From Eubacteriales bacterium (GTDB lineage: Bacteria; Bacillota; Clostridia; Oscillospirales; CAG-272): a stretch of DNA of 49,472 nucleotides. The notes under the pieces are model-generated. The model was given only the letters and a program-made list of their open reading frames with translations. It searched no databases and was not told the DNA's origin. A program made the position numbers and the translations under genes. Within the stretch, counting starts at the first letter, position 1; every line of letters starts with the position of its first letter. This document shows positions 16,815 to 25,943 of the stretch, one piece after another. The stretch is taken from positions 1-49,472 of the forward strand of contig JAZNCT010000073.1 in NCBI GenBank assembly GCA_045587665.1, written 5' to 3'.

Positions 16815-18033
16815 ATTCGGAAAACAAATTTTTATACGTGTTTATGCAATCGTATACAGGGTCATAGGTGGCGGGTGCGTGAGCCGTCACAAGAACAAAT
16901 TCTCCCCCGCCATTCACTCTGCCAAAGCTGGCAAGGCAGTGAAGCCCTTCGTTTGTATATCCGGTCTTTCCGCCTATTATCTCGGCAACTCCCGATTCAT
17001 CTCCCTTCATTCTGCTGAACATGGTTGAAGTGAGGAGGATTCCGTTTGGATGGCTTGGGGTAGATCTTGTGGTATACTGGTATGTAGAAAGTATCTCTCT
17101 ACATTCCTCTATCTGCATGGCATATTGGAGTATAAGTGCGATCTCATGTGGAGTGCTGTAATGATCGTCATGATGAAGGCCGCTGGTGTTGACAAAATGC
17201 GTGTTTGAAAGCCCCATTTCAAGAGTCTTTTTGTTCATCATCTCAACAAAGCCCTCAGTGGACCCTGCCGTATATATCGCAAGAGCCTCCGTTGCATCAG
17301 CACCCGAGGGAAGCACGACCCCATAGAGCAGATCACGAATGGTGATCTCCTCGCCCACAGAGAAGCCTGCAACTGTTGCATTGGCCTTGTAAAGCGGATC
17401 TGTTATCTGTGCCGTCATTATAAAGGTGTCATCAAGATCCTTGCAATTTTCATATGCCACTATCAGTGTCATGATCTTTGTCATAGACGCAGGGTAGATT
17501 ATTTCATCCGGGTTCTTTTGGGCTACAACTGTGTTGCTTTGAAGATCGATCATTATCGCATAATCGGATTTTATGCTGTCTCCAAGCTCAGCCGTCTTGT
17601 CTGTAATCGAGGCATATGACACCTCTATCACCTTTGGTGCTGTTCCTTTATCGTTATCACCCTCAACAGCATCTGTCTGCTCTGCAATGTTCTTATCTGT
17701 TTCATCGGACGCATCTGCATTTGCCCTTCCTGCTCGGCTGTTAAGCACTGTGCAAAAAATGCCCACGCTTATCATAAGAACAAGCAATGATACAAACAAG
17801 GGTGCAAAACTTATGGGCTGCTTCATTTGAGTTTTAGATGTGGGAGCCGTTCTCGGCATTGCAGAGCGATGCCCTCCTATATGTTTCTGGGGAGACCCGC
17901 TTTGCATAGTACCTCCCATTTTTTGGCCTTGACCGTTATATGGGCGTCCTCTTTCATTACTGTTATATGTAGAATTCTGTCCCCTGCCCCTGTCACCGCC
18001 GGAGCGAGGAGGTCTGCTGTTATTCATAATCAC
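16813..18033 (-). CDS. D-alanyl-D-alanine carboxypeptidase (peptidase S11)
   Basis: PASMTKIMT (SxxK), LPSGAD (SxN-like), HFVNTSGLH, GGKTGYT; one TM after a low-complexity N-terminus. Confidence 0.9.
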   Translation of the reverse strand: MIMNNSRPPRSGGDRGRGQNSTYNSNERGRPYNGQGQKMGGTMQSGSPQKHIGGHRSAMPRTAPTSKTQMKQPISFAPLFVSLLVLMISVGIFCTVLNSRAGRANADASDETDKNIAEQTDAVEGDNDKGTAPKVIEVSYASITDKTAELGDSIKSDYAIMIDLQSNTVVAQKNPDEIIYPASMTKIMTLIVAYENCKDLDDTFIMTAQITDPLYKANATVAGFSVGEEITIRDLLYGVVLPSGADATEALAIYTAGSTEGFVEMMNKKTLEMGLSNTHFVNTSGLHHDDHYSTPHEIALILQYAMQIEECREILSTYQYTTRSTPSHPNGILLTSTMFSRMKGDESGVAEIIGGKTGYTNEGLHCLASFGRVNGGGEFVLVTAHAPATYDPVYDCINTYKNLFSE

Positions 18034-18130
18034 TACCCGCTTTTTATACTTTTATAACATTATAGCACACTTTTTTCAAAAAATATATCAAATTTTAGTG
18101 AACAATTTAAAAAATACAAATTTTTTTATA

Positions 18131-18159
18131 TTGCTTTAAAATTCCATTTGTGTTATAAT
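18131..18159 (+). promoter_or_regulatory. sigmaA promoter of the GT2-GtrA operon
   Basis: TTGCTT-17-TATAAT with TG extension. Confidence 0.65.
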
Positions 18160-18248
18160 CAATATGATATATGTTTTAATATCCACTGTGCGGAACAAAC
18201 AACTGTTTTCTCCGTCTTAAATCATATCGAAGCGAAAGGAAATTTAAA

Positions 18249-19325
18249 ATGAATATATTTGATAAGATAACGGTTATCGTTCCATCGCTCAACCCGGATG
18301 AAAAGCTGATGAAGGTCATTGAAGGACTGGAAAAAGAGGGTTTTAATGATATTATTGTTGTAAATGACGGGAGCCGAGCTGAAAATCTTGCCAACTTCCC
18401 CGATCCCAAAGAACATCCTATTTGCACCGTTTTAACTCACAGCGTAAACCGAGGAAAGGGCGCAGCACTCAAAACGGCATTCGATTTCTTTCTGAAAAAT
18501 CGCCCCGACCGCCTTGGCGTTGTAACGGTTGACGGCGATAACCAGCACCTGCCAAAAGATGTTAAAAGCTGTTCTCAAAAAATGCTCAGCACCTCTTCAC
18601 TGGTTTTGGGAGTGAGAGATTTTTCGCTTTCCCATGTTCCCGCCCGTTCACGTTTTGGAAACAAAGCAACATCTCTTGTTTTCCGTATTCTCTGCGGAAT
18701 GAAGATATCGGATACTCAAACAGGGCTTCGGGCTTTCCCGCGAGAGATATTGCCTTGGATGTGCGAAATTGAGGGTGACCGCTTTGAATATGAAACAAAT
18801 ATGCTCCTATCACTCGGTGAATACGGCATAAAGCTCTCTGAGCAAACTATCGAAACCGTCTATATAGAAGAAAATCAGACCTCGCATTTCAGACCAATAA
18901 GAGATTCTATAAGAGTTTATTCTATGCTTCTGAAATTTCTCCTCAGCTCTGTTGCCGCCTCTGTTATAGACAATTTTGTTTTTTGGCTCATGCTCACGCT
19001 CTTTGGAGGAGTTCTCGGAAAACTGGCAACACTTGTTAGTTTTGTGTGTGCCAGAAGCATCTCATCTGTCATCAATTTTGCAGTGAACAAGCAAAAGGTG
19101 TTTAAAAACTCCAAAAGTATAAAAGAAACGATACTCAAATATTATGCGCTTGCCATTCCGATAATGGCTATATCCATTGGCGCAGTAGAATTGCTTGACC
19201 GAATTCTCGCCAATTCTGCGCCGATAATCACAACTCTTATAAAAATCGCTGTTGATCTCGTTCTTTTTATATGCTCATTCAGAATTCAGCGCGAATGGGT
19301 GTTCTCCTCAAGAAAGAAAAAATAA
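18249..19325 (+). CDS. Bifunctional GT2 glycosyltransferase / GtrA-family flippase
   Basis: IVPSLNP, VVNDGS, NRGKGAALK, VDGDNQH, DTQTGLR, RFEYETNML; C-terminal 4-TM GtrA-like region. Confidence 0.9.
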   Translation: MNIFDKITVIVPSLNPDEKLMKVIEGLEKEGFNDIIVVNDGSRAENLANFPDPKEHPICTVLTHSVNRGKGAALKTAFDFFLKNRPDRLGVVTVDGDNQHLPKDVKSCSQKMLSTSSLVLGVRDFSLSHVPARSRFGNKATSLVFRILCGMKISDTQTGLRAFPREILPWMCEIEGDRFEYETNMLLSLGEYGIKLSEQTIETVYIEENQTSHFRPIRDSIRVYSMLLKFLLSSVAASVIDNFVFWLMLTLFGGVLGKLATLVSFVCARSISSVINFAVNKQKVFKNSKSIKETILKYYALAIPIMAISIGAVELLDRILANSAPIITTLIKIAVDLVLFICSFRIQREWVFSSRKKK

Positions 19326-19340
19326 AGGCTTGGTATAAAA

Positions 19341-20711
19341 ATGTCCGAAAAAGATATAATTCCCCCAGAAAGCAACAAAAGCAGTGAGAAAAAAGCTCCT
19401 GCAGTCACATACATAGAAATGCCGCCCCCGCCAAAAAGCAGTACCCCAATAAAATTTTTCACCGAAAACGGCACACTGTATCAAAGCTCGGTATCCGAGG
19501 AAAATGCAACGTCAACTGCTGAAAAAAGCAGAACTATCGGCTTTAGCCAAAGCGACTATTTTGACTATGCGGGCTACAAAAGGAGAAAGCCGAAATCAGA
19601 GCGTATGTCAGGTGGAAGGATCTTTGGCAGAATAATGATAGCACTCTCTTCGGTTCTGATCTTTGCAGTTATCGCTGTTTATGGGCTTTGTTTCACCATT
19701 GCCAAAGGTCCAAGTGAAACCGTGAGAAATCTGCTTGTCCTCTCTGCAAAACAGGCAAGCGCAACAAAATGGGTACCCTCTCTGTTTCTCAGTGAAGATG
19801 AGATCAAAGAGATAATGGACCGGAGTGCCGAGGTAAAGATTGATGTGATCCCGATAGATGAATATTATAAGCCCTCAGGGGATAGCAATGAAAGCACTGC
19901 CGACGAATGGGCTGACGCAAAGGACGGAATGCTTTTTAAGACCCTTAAAGGCTCAACATATACTGCCTATATGCTGATAGTTAAAAACCCCGCAAGAGTG
20001 TTTGTCGGAACATCCAGCGATAACTACAGCCAGAGCGAAAAAGGAAAAACAATTTTTGATGCCACGGCCGCAAAAGGGGCTGTTGCCGCCATAAACGGTG
20101 GGGAATTTCCCGACAGTGGCGGTGTTGGAACAGGATCTCATCCCATAGGTCTTACATATTCTGGGGGGGAATGCGTTTGGAACGATGGACTCAAGCGCAC
20201 CTTTATCGGATTTGACAAAAACAACACTCTCATTGTTTCCGAGAATATGACAAAGGCAGAAGCCGACAAGTTGGAAATACGAGATGCTGTTTCTTTTCAA
20301 AGTGGAAATGTGCTGATATCCTCTGACGGTGAAAACGCAAATGTGTATTATGCAAGCGGCAACAACGGCACAGCCCAAAGAACAGCAATAGGACAAAGAG
20401 GAGACGGTGCAGTTCTGATGCTTGTTACCGACGGCAGAACTGCCAGCTCTCTCGGTGCAACTCATAACGATGTTATAGACATTATGCTGGAGCACGGTGC
20501 AATTTCGGCAGCAATGCTTGACGGCGGCTCTTCGGCAATGATGTATTATGAAAATTATTTCGAAAAATACGAATATGACTACGATTCGCTTGATCAATAT
20601 CAAAAAAAGGGGCTGGTCAACAAATACAAGGCATTTACAACCCCGAGACATATGCCAACCTTCTTCATGGTTGAAAGAATGAGCGAGGGAGGCGAGAGCA
20701 ATGCCAAATAA
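19341..20711 (+). CDS. Phosphodiester glycosidase (NAGPA/EpsL-like) family membrane protein
   Basis: AVAAINGG, QRTAIGQRGDGAVLMLVTDGR, AAMLDGGSSA; single TM. Confidence 0.87.
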   Translation: MSEKDIIPPESNKSSEKKAPAVTYIEMPPPPKSSTPIKFFTENGTLYQSSVSEENATSTAEKSRTIGFSQSDYFDYAGYKRRKPKSERMSGGRIFGRIMIALSSVLIFAVIAVYGLCFTIAKGPSETVRNLLVLSAKQASATKWVPSLFLSEDEIKEIMDRSAEVKIDVIPIDEYYKPSGDSNESTADEWADAKDGMLFKTLKGSTYTAYMLIVKNPARVFVGTSSDNYSQSEKGKTIFDATAAKGAVAAINGGEFPDSGGVGTGSHPIGLTYSGGECVWNDGLKRTFIGFDKNNTLIVSENMTKAEADKLEIRDAVSFQSGNVLISSDGENANVYYASGNNGTAQRTAIGQRGDGAVLMLVTDGRTASSLGATHNDVIDIMLEHGAISAAMLDGGSSAMMYYENYFEKYEYDYDSLDQYQKKGLVNKYKAFTTPRHMPTFFMVERMSEGGESNAK

Positions 20712-21795
20712 ACCAAAGAAAATGCCAAAATTTTATATCATTCTCATCGTTTGCTGGATCCTGGCTCTCTCTGCCCTTGCGGTTCTTCTTATAAACGTGA
20801 GAGCCTATCTTGAAAACTATGAAAGCGTGCAGCCCAAATATCTTGCAGAGGAAGTTTTCAATCAGTATTTCAAAGGATCCGATTTCATGGCAATAATCGA
20901 GTTTTCGGATCTGAACAAAAGCAAATATGAGACAAACGAAATGCTTGCTTCATACCTAACGGAGCTTACAGAGGGCAAGAAGCTTTCATATCACAACGTG
21001 TCCTCGGGTCTTGACCTTGATGTTTCAAAATATACCGTTAAGTATACCGAAGACGGAAAGGATATCAAAATTGCCTCTTTTCAGCTTGAGAAAAGCGGAG
21101 AAAAAAGCGAAAAGGGCTTTGATAAATATGCGCTAAACGGCTTTGAGCTTTTCTATCCGGCAGAAAAAAGTGTTTCTCTAAAGGTGACAAAGGGGGCAAC
21201 ACCATATATAAACGGTATACCTCTTGAAGCAGAGCACATTGCAGAGGATAATATAGAGCACCAAAGCTTTAAGCATATGCCGGAGGGAACCGAGGGTATT
21301 TCATATACGCTTTATAAAATCCAAGGTCTTACCACAGAGCCAATCATTGACGTTAAAGACAAAAACGGCATTGATCTCGAACTTTTTGAAAATACTAAGG
21401 AAGATTGCTATGAAACAAAGATAATTTATGATTCTGAACTTGCCGCAGAGCAAAGCACACACGTTATAGCGGCAGCCCAGACATATGCCGCCTATATGCA
21501 AAATGATGCCAAGCTTGCAAAACTAACACCTTATTTTGAAAAAAACACAGAGCTTTACAATTCTATAAAGTCCACTCTGCAGTGGGCAGTTATAGACCAC
21601 GACAGCTATCATTTTGAAAATGTTGAAGCAAGTGAATTTTACAGATATGATGAAAACACCTTTTCTTGCCGTGTCAAATTCGATCACATTCTGAAAAGAA
21701 GCAGGCTCCAGGACCACGTAGACCACGTTGATATAACTCTGTATCTTAGAAATGTTGACGGCAAATACCTGGTATACGAAAGAACAAACAACTGA
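20701..21795 (+). CDS. Hypothetical membrane-anchored extracellular protein
   Basis: 364 aa, N-terminal TM, overlaps the upstream stop, GGAGG RBS. Confidence 0.8.
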   Translation: MPNKPKKMPKFYIILIVCWILALSALAVLLINVRAYLENYESVQPKYLAEEVFNQYFKGSDFMAIIEFSDLNKSKYETNEMLASYLTELTEGKKLSYHNVSSGLDLDVSKYTVKYTEDGKDIKIASFQLEKSGEKSEKGFDKYALNGFELFYPAEKSVSLKVTKGATPYINGIPLEAEHIAEDNIEHQSFKHMPEGTEGISYTLYKIQGLTTEPIIDVKDKNGIDLELFENTKEDCYETKIIYDSELAAEQSTHVIAAAQTYAAYMQNDAKLAKLTPYFEKNTELYNSIKSTLQWAVIDHDSYHFENVEASEFYRYDENTFSCRVKFDHILKRSRLQDHVDHVDITLYLRNVDGKYLVYERTNN

Positions 21796-21809
21796 AAGTG
21801 AGATAAACC

Positions 21810-22361
21810 ATGTTTGATGCACTTAACAGCTTTGAGATACCGATTCTCGATGCTATCGGCAATATAAAATGCGGATTTTTTGATGCTTTTTTCCCTGTCA
21901 TCACCCGCTTTGCCGATAAAGGAATTGGCTGGATAGCTATTGCAGTTATTCTGCTTCTATTCAAAAGGACAAGAAAAACAGGCTTTATGGTGGGAGCGGC
22001 ACTTCTCATCGGGCTTATATTCGGCAACGGAATTTTAAAGCCGCTTTTTGACAGGGAGAGACCTTATGAATTTGCAAACATTACCCTCACTCTTATTGCG
22101 CCGCTGCATGACGGCTCTTTCCCTTCAGGGCACACCCTTGCCTCATTTGAAGCGGCAACAGTGCTTATGTTAAGAGACAGGCGAATGGGCATACCTGCTC
22201 TTGTTCTCGCCTTTGTTATTGCGTTTTCAAGACTGTATCTCTATGTTCACTACCCCTCAGATGTTCTGGCAGGTATTCTGCTCGGTGTGCTCTTCGGAGT
22301 GCTTGGAGTGAGCATCGTAAAATACGGTTATTCCGTTTTTGAAAAAAGAAAGAATAATTGA
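21810..22361 (+). CDS. PAP2 family phosphatase (possible undecaprenyl-PP phosphatase)
   Basis: KPLFDRERP, SFPSGH, SRLYLYVHYPSDV. Confidence 0.92.
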   Translation: MFDALNSFEIPILDAIGNIKCGFFDAFFPVITRFADKGIGWIAIAVILLLFKRTRKTGFMVGAALLIGLIFGNGILKPLFDRERPYEFANITLTLIAPLHDGSFPSGHTLASFEAATVLMLRDRRMGIPALVLAFVIAFSRLYLYVHYPSDVLAGILLGVLFGVLGVSIVKYGYSVFEKRKNN

Positions 22362-22366
22362 TCAAT

Positions 22367-23569
22367 ATGAAAAAATATTATTTGATATTGCTGTTATCCC
22401 TGCTCCTTTTTTTGCAGGGATGCGGACATACGGCAGAGCGGCAGACGCCACTTGAGCTAACGCAGGATAATGCGCACCAAAAGCTTGACATAAGCTTTCC
22501 CGAGCCGTATCCACCCGATGTAAGGCTCAGCTTTGCCGCCTGCGGCGATAACATTATGTATAACGGAAATATCCGTGATGCTAAAAAATGTGCGGCAGGA
22601 AGCGATAGGGCATATGATTTTTCTCCTATATACGAAAATATAAAGCCTATTATTGAGGCAGCTGACATCGCCTTTATCAATCAGGAAACTCCTCTTGCAG
22701 GCGAAGAATACGGCTATGATGATCATCCCCGTTTCAATTCGCCAAGAGATCTTGCCTATGATATAATAGATGCAGGATTTGATGTTGTAAATCTTGCCAC
22801 AAATCATATGCTTGATGCAGGCTCCAAGGGCCTGCTTGACACTATAGAATTTTGGAACACTCTGCCCGTGACCACTATTGGCGGATATCTCAACCAAGAT
22901 GACTTTGATAATATCAGAATTATAGAAAAGGATGATATCAAAATTGCTTTTTTATCATTCACCTATAGCACAAACGGCTTGGTTCTCAAAAAAGGCTATG
23001 ATATCGTTATTCCCTATGAGGATGAGGAAGTTATAAAGGCTCAGGTGACAAAGGCAAACGAGCTTGCCGACCTTGTCTTTGTCTCTATGCACTGGGGCTC
23101 TGAATACAAATTCAAGCAAAATCAAAACCAAAAAAATCTTGCAACGATGATGGCTTCTCTTGGCGTTGATGTTGTTATCGGACACCACCCACACGTTCTT
23201 CAGCCTATAGAATGGATAGAAAGTCAAAACGGCAACGGTCACAGGATGCTTTGTGCATATTCTCTTGGAAACATTGCCGCAGAGCAAAACAATGATTATA
23301 ACTACGTTGGCGGTATATTCACCTTTGATATTGTGAGAAAAGACGGAGAAATATCTATAGAAAATCCAATTCTTCTGCCAACCGTATATTATTTCAATAA
23401 ATCATTCTATAAAAACTCTATACACCTTATTGAAAATTTTACAGAGGATATGGCCAAAAGTCACGGACTTTCCTATTATGGCAAAACCACAACGCTTGAA
23501 CGTCTGCGCTCTTATGTTACAAGCACCATAGCCCCCGAATTTTTACCCTCTCATATGAAAGAACAATAG
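22367..23569 (+). CDS. CapA/PGA_cap family metallophosphoesterase-like lipoprotein
   Basis: Lipobox LQGC; ACGDN, NQET, LATNHMLD, MHWG.EY, GHHPHV, YSLGN. Confidence 0.9.
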   Translation: MKKYYLILLLSLLLFLQGCGHTAERQTPLELTQDNAHQKLDISFPEPYPPDVRLSFAACGDNIMYNGNIRDAKKCAAGSDRAYDFSPIYENIKPIIEAADIAFINQETPLAGEEYGYDDHPRFNSPRDLAYDIIDAGFDVVNLATNHMLDAGSKGLLDTIEFWNTLPVTTIGGYLNQDDFDNIRIIEKDDIKIAFLSFTYSTNGLVLKKGYDIVIPYEDEEVIKAQVTKANELADLVFVSMHWGSEYKFKQNQNQKNLATMMASLGVDVVIGHHPHVLQPIEWIESQNGNGHRMLCAYSLGNIAAEQNNDYNYVGGIFTFDIVRKDGEISIENPILLPTVYYFNKSFYKNSIHLIENFTEDMAKSHGLSYYGKTTTLERLRSYVTSTIAPEFLPSHMKEQ

Positions 23570-23576
23570 CGCAAAT

Positions 23577-23617
23577 AAAATACCACTGTTTTCTTAGAAC
23601 AGAAACAGTGGTATTTT
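23577..23617. terminator. Bidirectional terminator
   Basis: AAAATACCACTGTTT...AAACAGTGGTATTTT. Confidence 0.8.
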
Positions 23618-23656
23618 GTTTGTTATTTTCAAAATCTCTTATCCAACAAAAATATT

Positions 23657-24763
23657 TTATTTTACTACAAGAATTCGAAGCAGTGCAAAACGCTTGCCCT
23701 TTTCAATCGGCATCAGAGCTATCTCAACATCCTCACTCTGCTCCGAAGAAAACACACTGCACGTTTCAGCATACCTTCCCCAGCCGTTTTTGAAAAAGCT
23801 GTTTATCTCGGTGCCTTTTCCATTTGCTTCTATAAGAACACTACCAGCTTTTTCATTGGGCTCTCTCACAAATGCAATGAGTACCTCTCGGCACCCCTTT
23901 AAAGTGAAGCGCATAGACTCACCTTTGTCCTCTGCTATCCAACCGCCCTTGAACTGATGAAAGCCTGCATCTCCAACCCTAAAAGCGCCAAGGGCATCCG
24001 GCAGGAGACTGCTTCCGTCAAGCATTTCTGTGTTCATATACCTATCTCCAAAAAGAGGATCCGGAATTTTATATTCTACAGCCACACACTCGTCGGTCAG
24101 AACGGTTTCAAAATAATTACATATAAGCTCTGCCAGCATAGCGTGCCCCTCTGCGTTTGGATGAACACTGTCTCCGCTGTAATCCTCCCAGGCATAGTGT
24201 CCGCTTTTTATAAGAGGCATATAAATTCCGTCAAGCATACTGATAAACGGAAGATCATAGTGCGCGGCAAGAGCAAAGTTCATATCCTGCTGGCACACCC
24301 CTTCTCTGTTGCAAACACAAAGCGGAACGACCGCCGCACCGCTGAGAAGTGCTTTGCGGATAACACATTCATATGTCTGATTTGTTGAGCCTGGTGACCT
24401 TGTTTCGTCACCGTTATCATTTACAGAATGGTCGATAACCAAAATATCCGGCTTTGCAGTGAGAACATCCCCCTCTATTCTGAAAACGCCAAGCCTTGAG
24501 CCTGTCGCTCCTATCCCCGCATTGACGCATTTTATTTCGGCATCCGGGAATTTTTCTTTAAAATAATCGGTTACGCATCTGACATAGTTTTTACCCTCTC
24601 CTGCCCCCGAGCCTGCCGTTATTGAACCGCCGAAAAAACCGAGTGTTATGCTTTCCCCTTTCTTTGCCCTCTCAATAACTTTTTTGATACGAAAAGTATT
24701 CCCAAGTGCCTTAAGAGACGAGCGCAAAGGAAGATTTTCATTTATGTAAAGTCCGTTTTTCAT
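23657..24763 (-). CDS. SGNH/GDSL hydrolase (possible carbohydrate esterase)
   Basis: FGGSIT, NAGIGATGS, HSVND, DSVHPNAEGH; C-terminal beta-rich domain. Confidence 0.88.
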   Translation of the reverse strand: MKNGLYINENLPLRSSLKALGNTFRIKKVIERAKKGESITLGFFGGSITAGSGAGEGKNYVRCVTDYFKEKFPDAEIKCVNAGIGATGSRLGVFRIEGDVLTAKPDILVIDHSVNDNGDETRSPGSTNQTYECVIRKALLSGAAVVPLCVCNREGVCQQDMNFALAAHYDLPFISMLDGIYMPLIKSGHYAWEDYSGDSVHPNAEGHAMLAELICNYFETVLTDECVAVEYKIPDPLFGDRYMNTEMLDGSSLLPDALGAFRVGDAGFHQFKGGWIAEDKGESMRFTLKGCREVLIAFVREPNEKAGSVLIEANGKGTEINSFFKNGWGRYAETCSVFSSEQSEDVEIALMPIEKGKRFALLRILVVK

Positions 24764-24776
24764 ATCTTAACCACCT

Positions 24777-25451
24777 TTATTTTTTGGATTTATAAGCTAT
24801 ATTGGTTGCAATAAGTCTCCTTGCAAGATAACAGATAACAAGATTTGCGGCAATTATAATTGCCCATGTAACAAGGCTCACCGCAACTGTCACACCCTTA
24901 AAAAACACACCACCAAGAAAATCCGTGATAAGAAAAACGGTTATCACACCTGCTAAATATATAAATATCACAAGGCTTTGAGCGCAGTATGTAAACCGCT
25001 TTGCAAGAAAAAAACCAAGCACGGTAACGGTTGCCACAGAAAAATACATAAACAGCTGTTCTGCCGGTGCACTAAGTCTGAGCCCGTCAAGCCGAGGACT
25101 GTGACCACCAAAAATAGCATAGAGGATATAAAGCATAGGGATAATTATTCCGTCAAAATATACGATCCATTTCAGCACATCAAAAAAACGTTCGGGAAAG
25201 GTCTGTTTTTTTGCATTATCCGCAAGGGAACGGCAAAAGCTGCGGTAATCTGTGCCGATAGAATCTGCAAAAGCATCTCCTCTCTCCTCACATTCAAGAG
25301 CCATACCGGCAATATCACACATCATATCTTCATAAACAACCTCGTTTATATAACAGGTTTCAAGATAGTGCTGCATTTTTCTTATTATTTTTCTGTTTTC
25401 TCTTGAAAGGCGGCTCATTATCGCCTTATACTCCTTATTCACCCTGCTCAC
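24777..25451 (-). CDS. Membrane protein, DUF1048/DUF1129-like PadR partner
   Basis: N-terminal helical domain (ALECEERG..IGTDYRSFC) plus 4 TM helices; overlaps the padR stop. Confidence 0.7.
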   Translation of the reverse strand: MSRVNKEYKAIMSRLSRENRKIIRKMQHYLETCYINEVVYEDMMCDIAGMALECEERGDAFADSIGTDYRSFCRSLADNAKKQTFPERFFDVLKWIVYFDGIIIPMLYILYAIFGGHSPRLDGLRLSAPAEQLFMYFSVATVTVLGFFLAKRFTYCAQSLVIFIYLAGVITVFLITDFLGGVFFKGVTVAVSLVTWAIIIAANLVICYLARRLIATNIAYKSKK

Positions 25452-25773
25452 CTCCGCTGATTATTTTTGAGACCGAAGAAGAAACTGCGCTCCAGCATTC
25501 TTCAAAAGCCTTCAGATATGTGAGTCCCTGCTCTGTGATGCTGAAATATTTGCGGCGAGGCCCAAGAGGCGAGGGCAAAAGTGCACTTCTTATATTCCCC
25601 TGCTTTTCAAGGCGCAATAGCAAAGGATACAGGGTTCCCTCTGCGATATCTGAAAACCCGTGGCTCTTCAGATATTCAAGGATCTCATATCCGTATGTAG
25701 TCTTATTGCATATAACCTTTAAAATACAGCCTTCAAGTGTTCCTCTCATAAGCTGCGATTTATCAAATTCCAT
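25435..25773 (-). CDS. PadR family transcriptional regulator
   Basis: SQLMRGTLEGCIL, YGYEI, EGTLYPLLLRLEK, GPRRKYFSITEQG. Confidence 0.95.
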   Translation of the reverse strand: MEFDKSQLMRGTLEGCILKVICNKTTYGYEILEYLKSHGFSDIAEGTLYPLLLRLEKQGNIRSALLPSPLGPRRKYFSITEQGLTYLKAFEECWSAVSSSVSKIISGGEQGE

Positions 25774-25811
25774 TGCGTGCTCCGAATTTATTTTTTAATG
25801 TAAACGACCAC

Positions 25812-25844
25812 TATATTGTATCACAATATACCGTTTTTTGTCAA
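25812..25844 (-). promoter_or_regulatory. padR promoter with overlapping palindromic operator
   Basis: TTGACA-18-TACAAT (TG-extended); perfect TATATTGT-ATC-ACAATATA palindrome over the -10. Confidence 0.72.
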
Positions 25845-25873
25845 TCCCCGTCAGCGTTTTTGCCCTTTGCTTA

Positions 25874-25902
25874 TTGACAAAAGCGCTAAGTTAGTATATA
25901 AT
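25874..25902 (+). promoter_or_regulatory. sigmaA promoter of tyrS
   Basis: Perfect TTGACA-17-TATAAT. Confidence 0.85.
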
Positions 25903-25943
25903 ATCTTTATTACTTTGATTTACCATTTAATAAGGAGATAAAA

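Noticed and set aside
19953-20651. 232-aa antisense ORF inside the phosphodiester glycosidase gene
   Set aside because: Shadow ORF of a well-supported gene with no motif or RBS.
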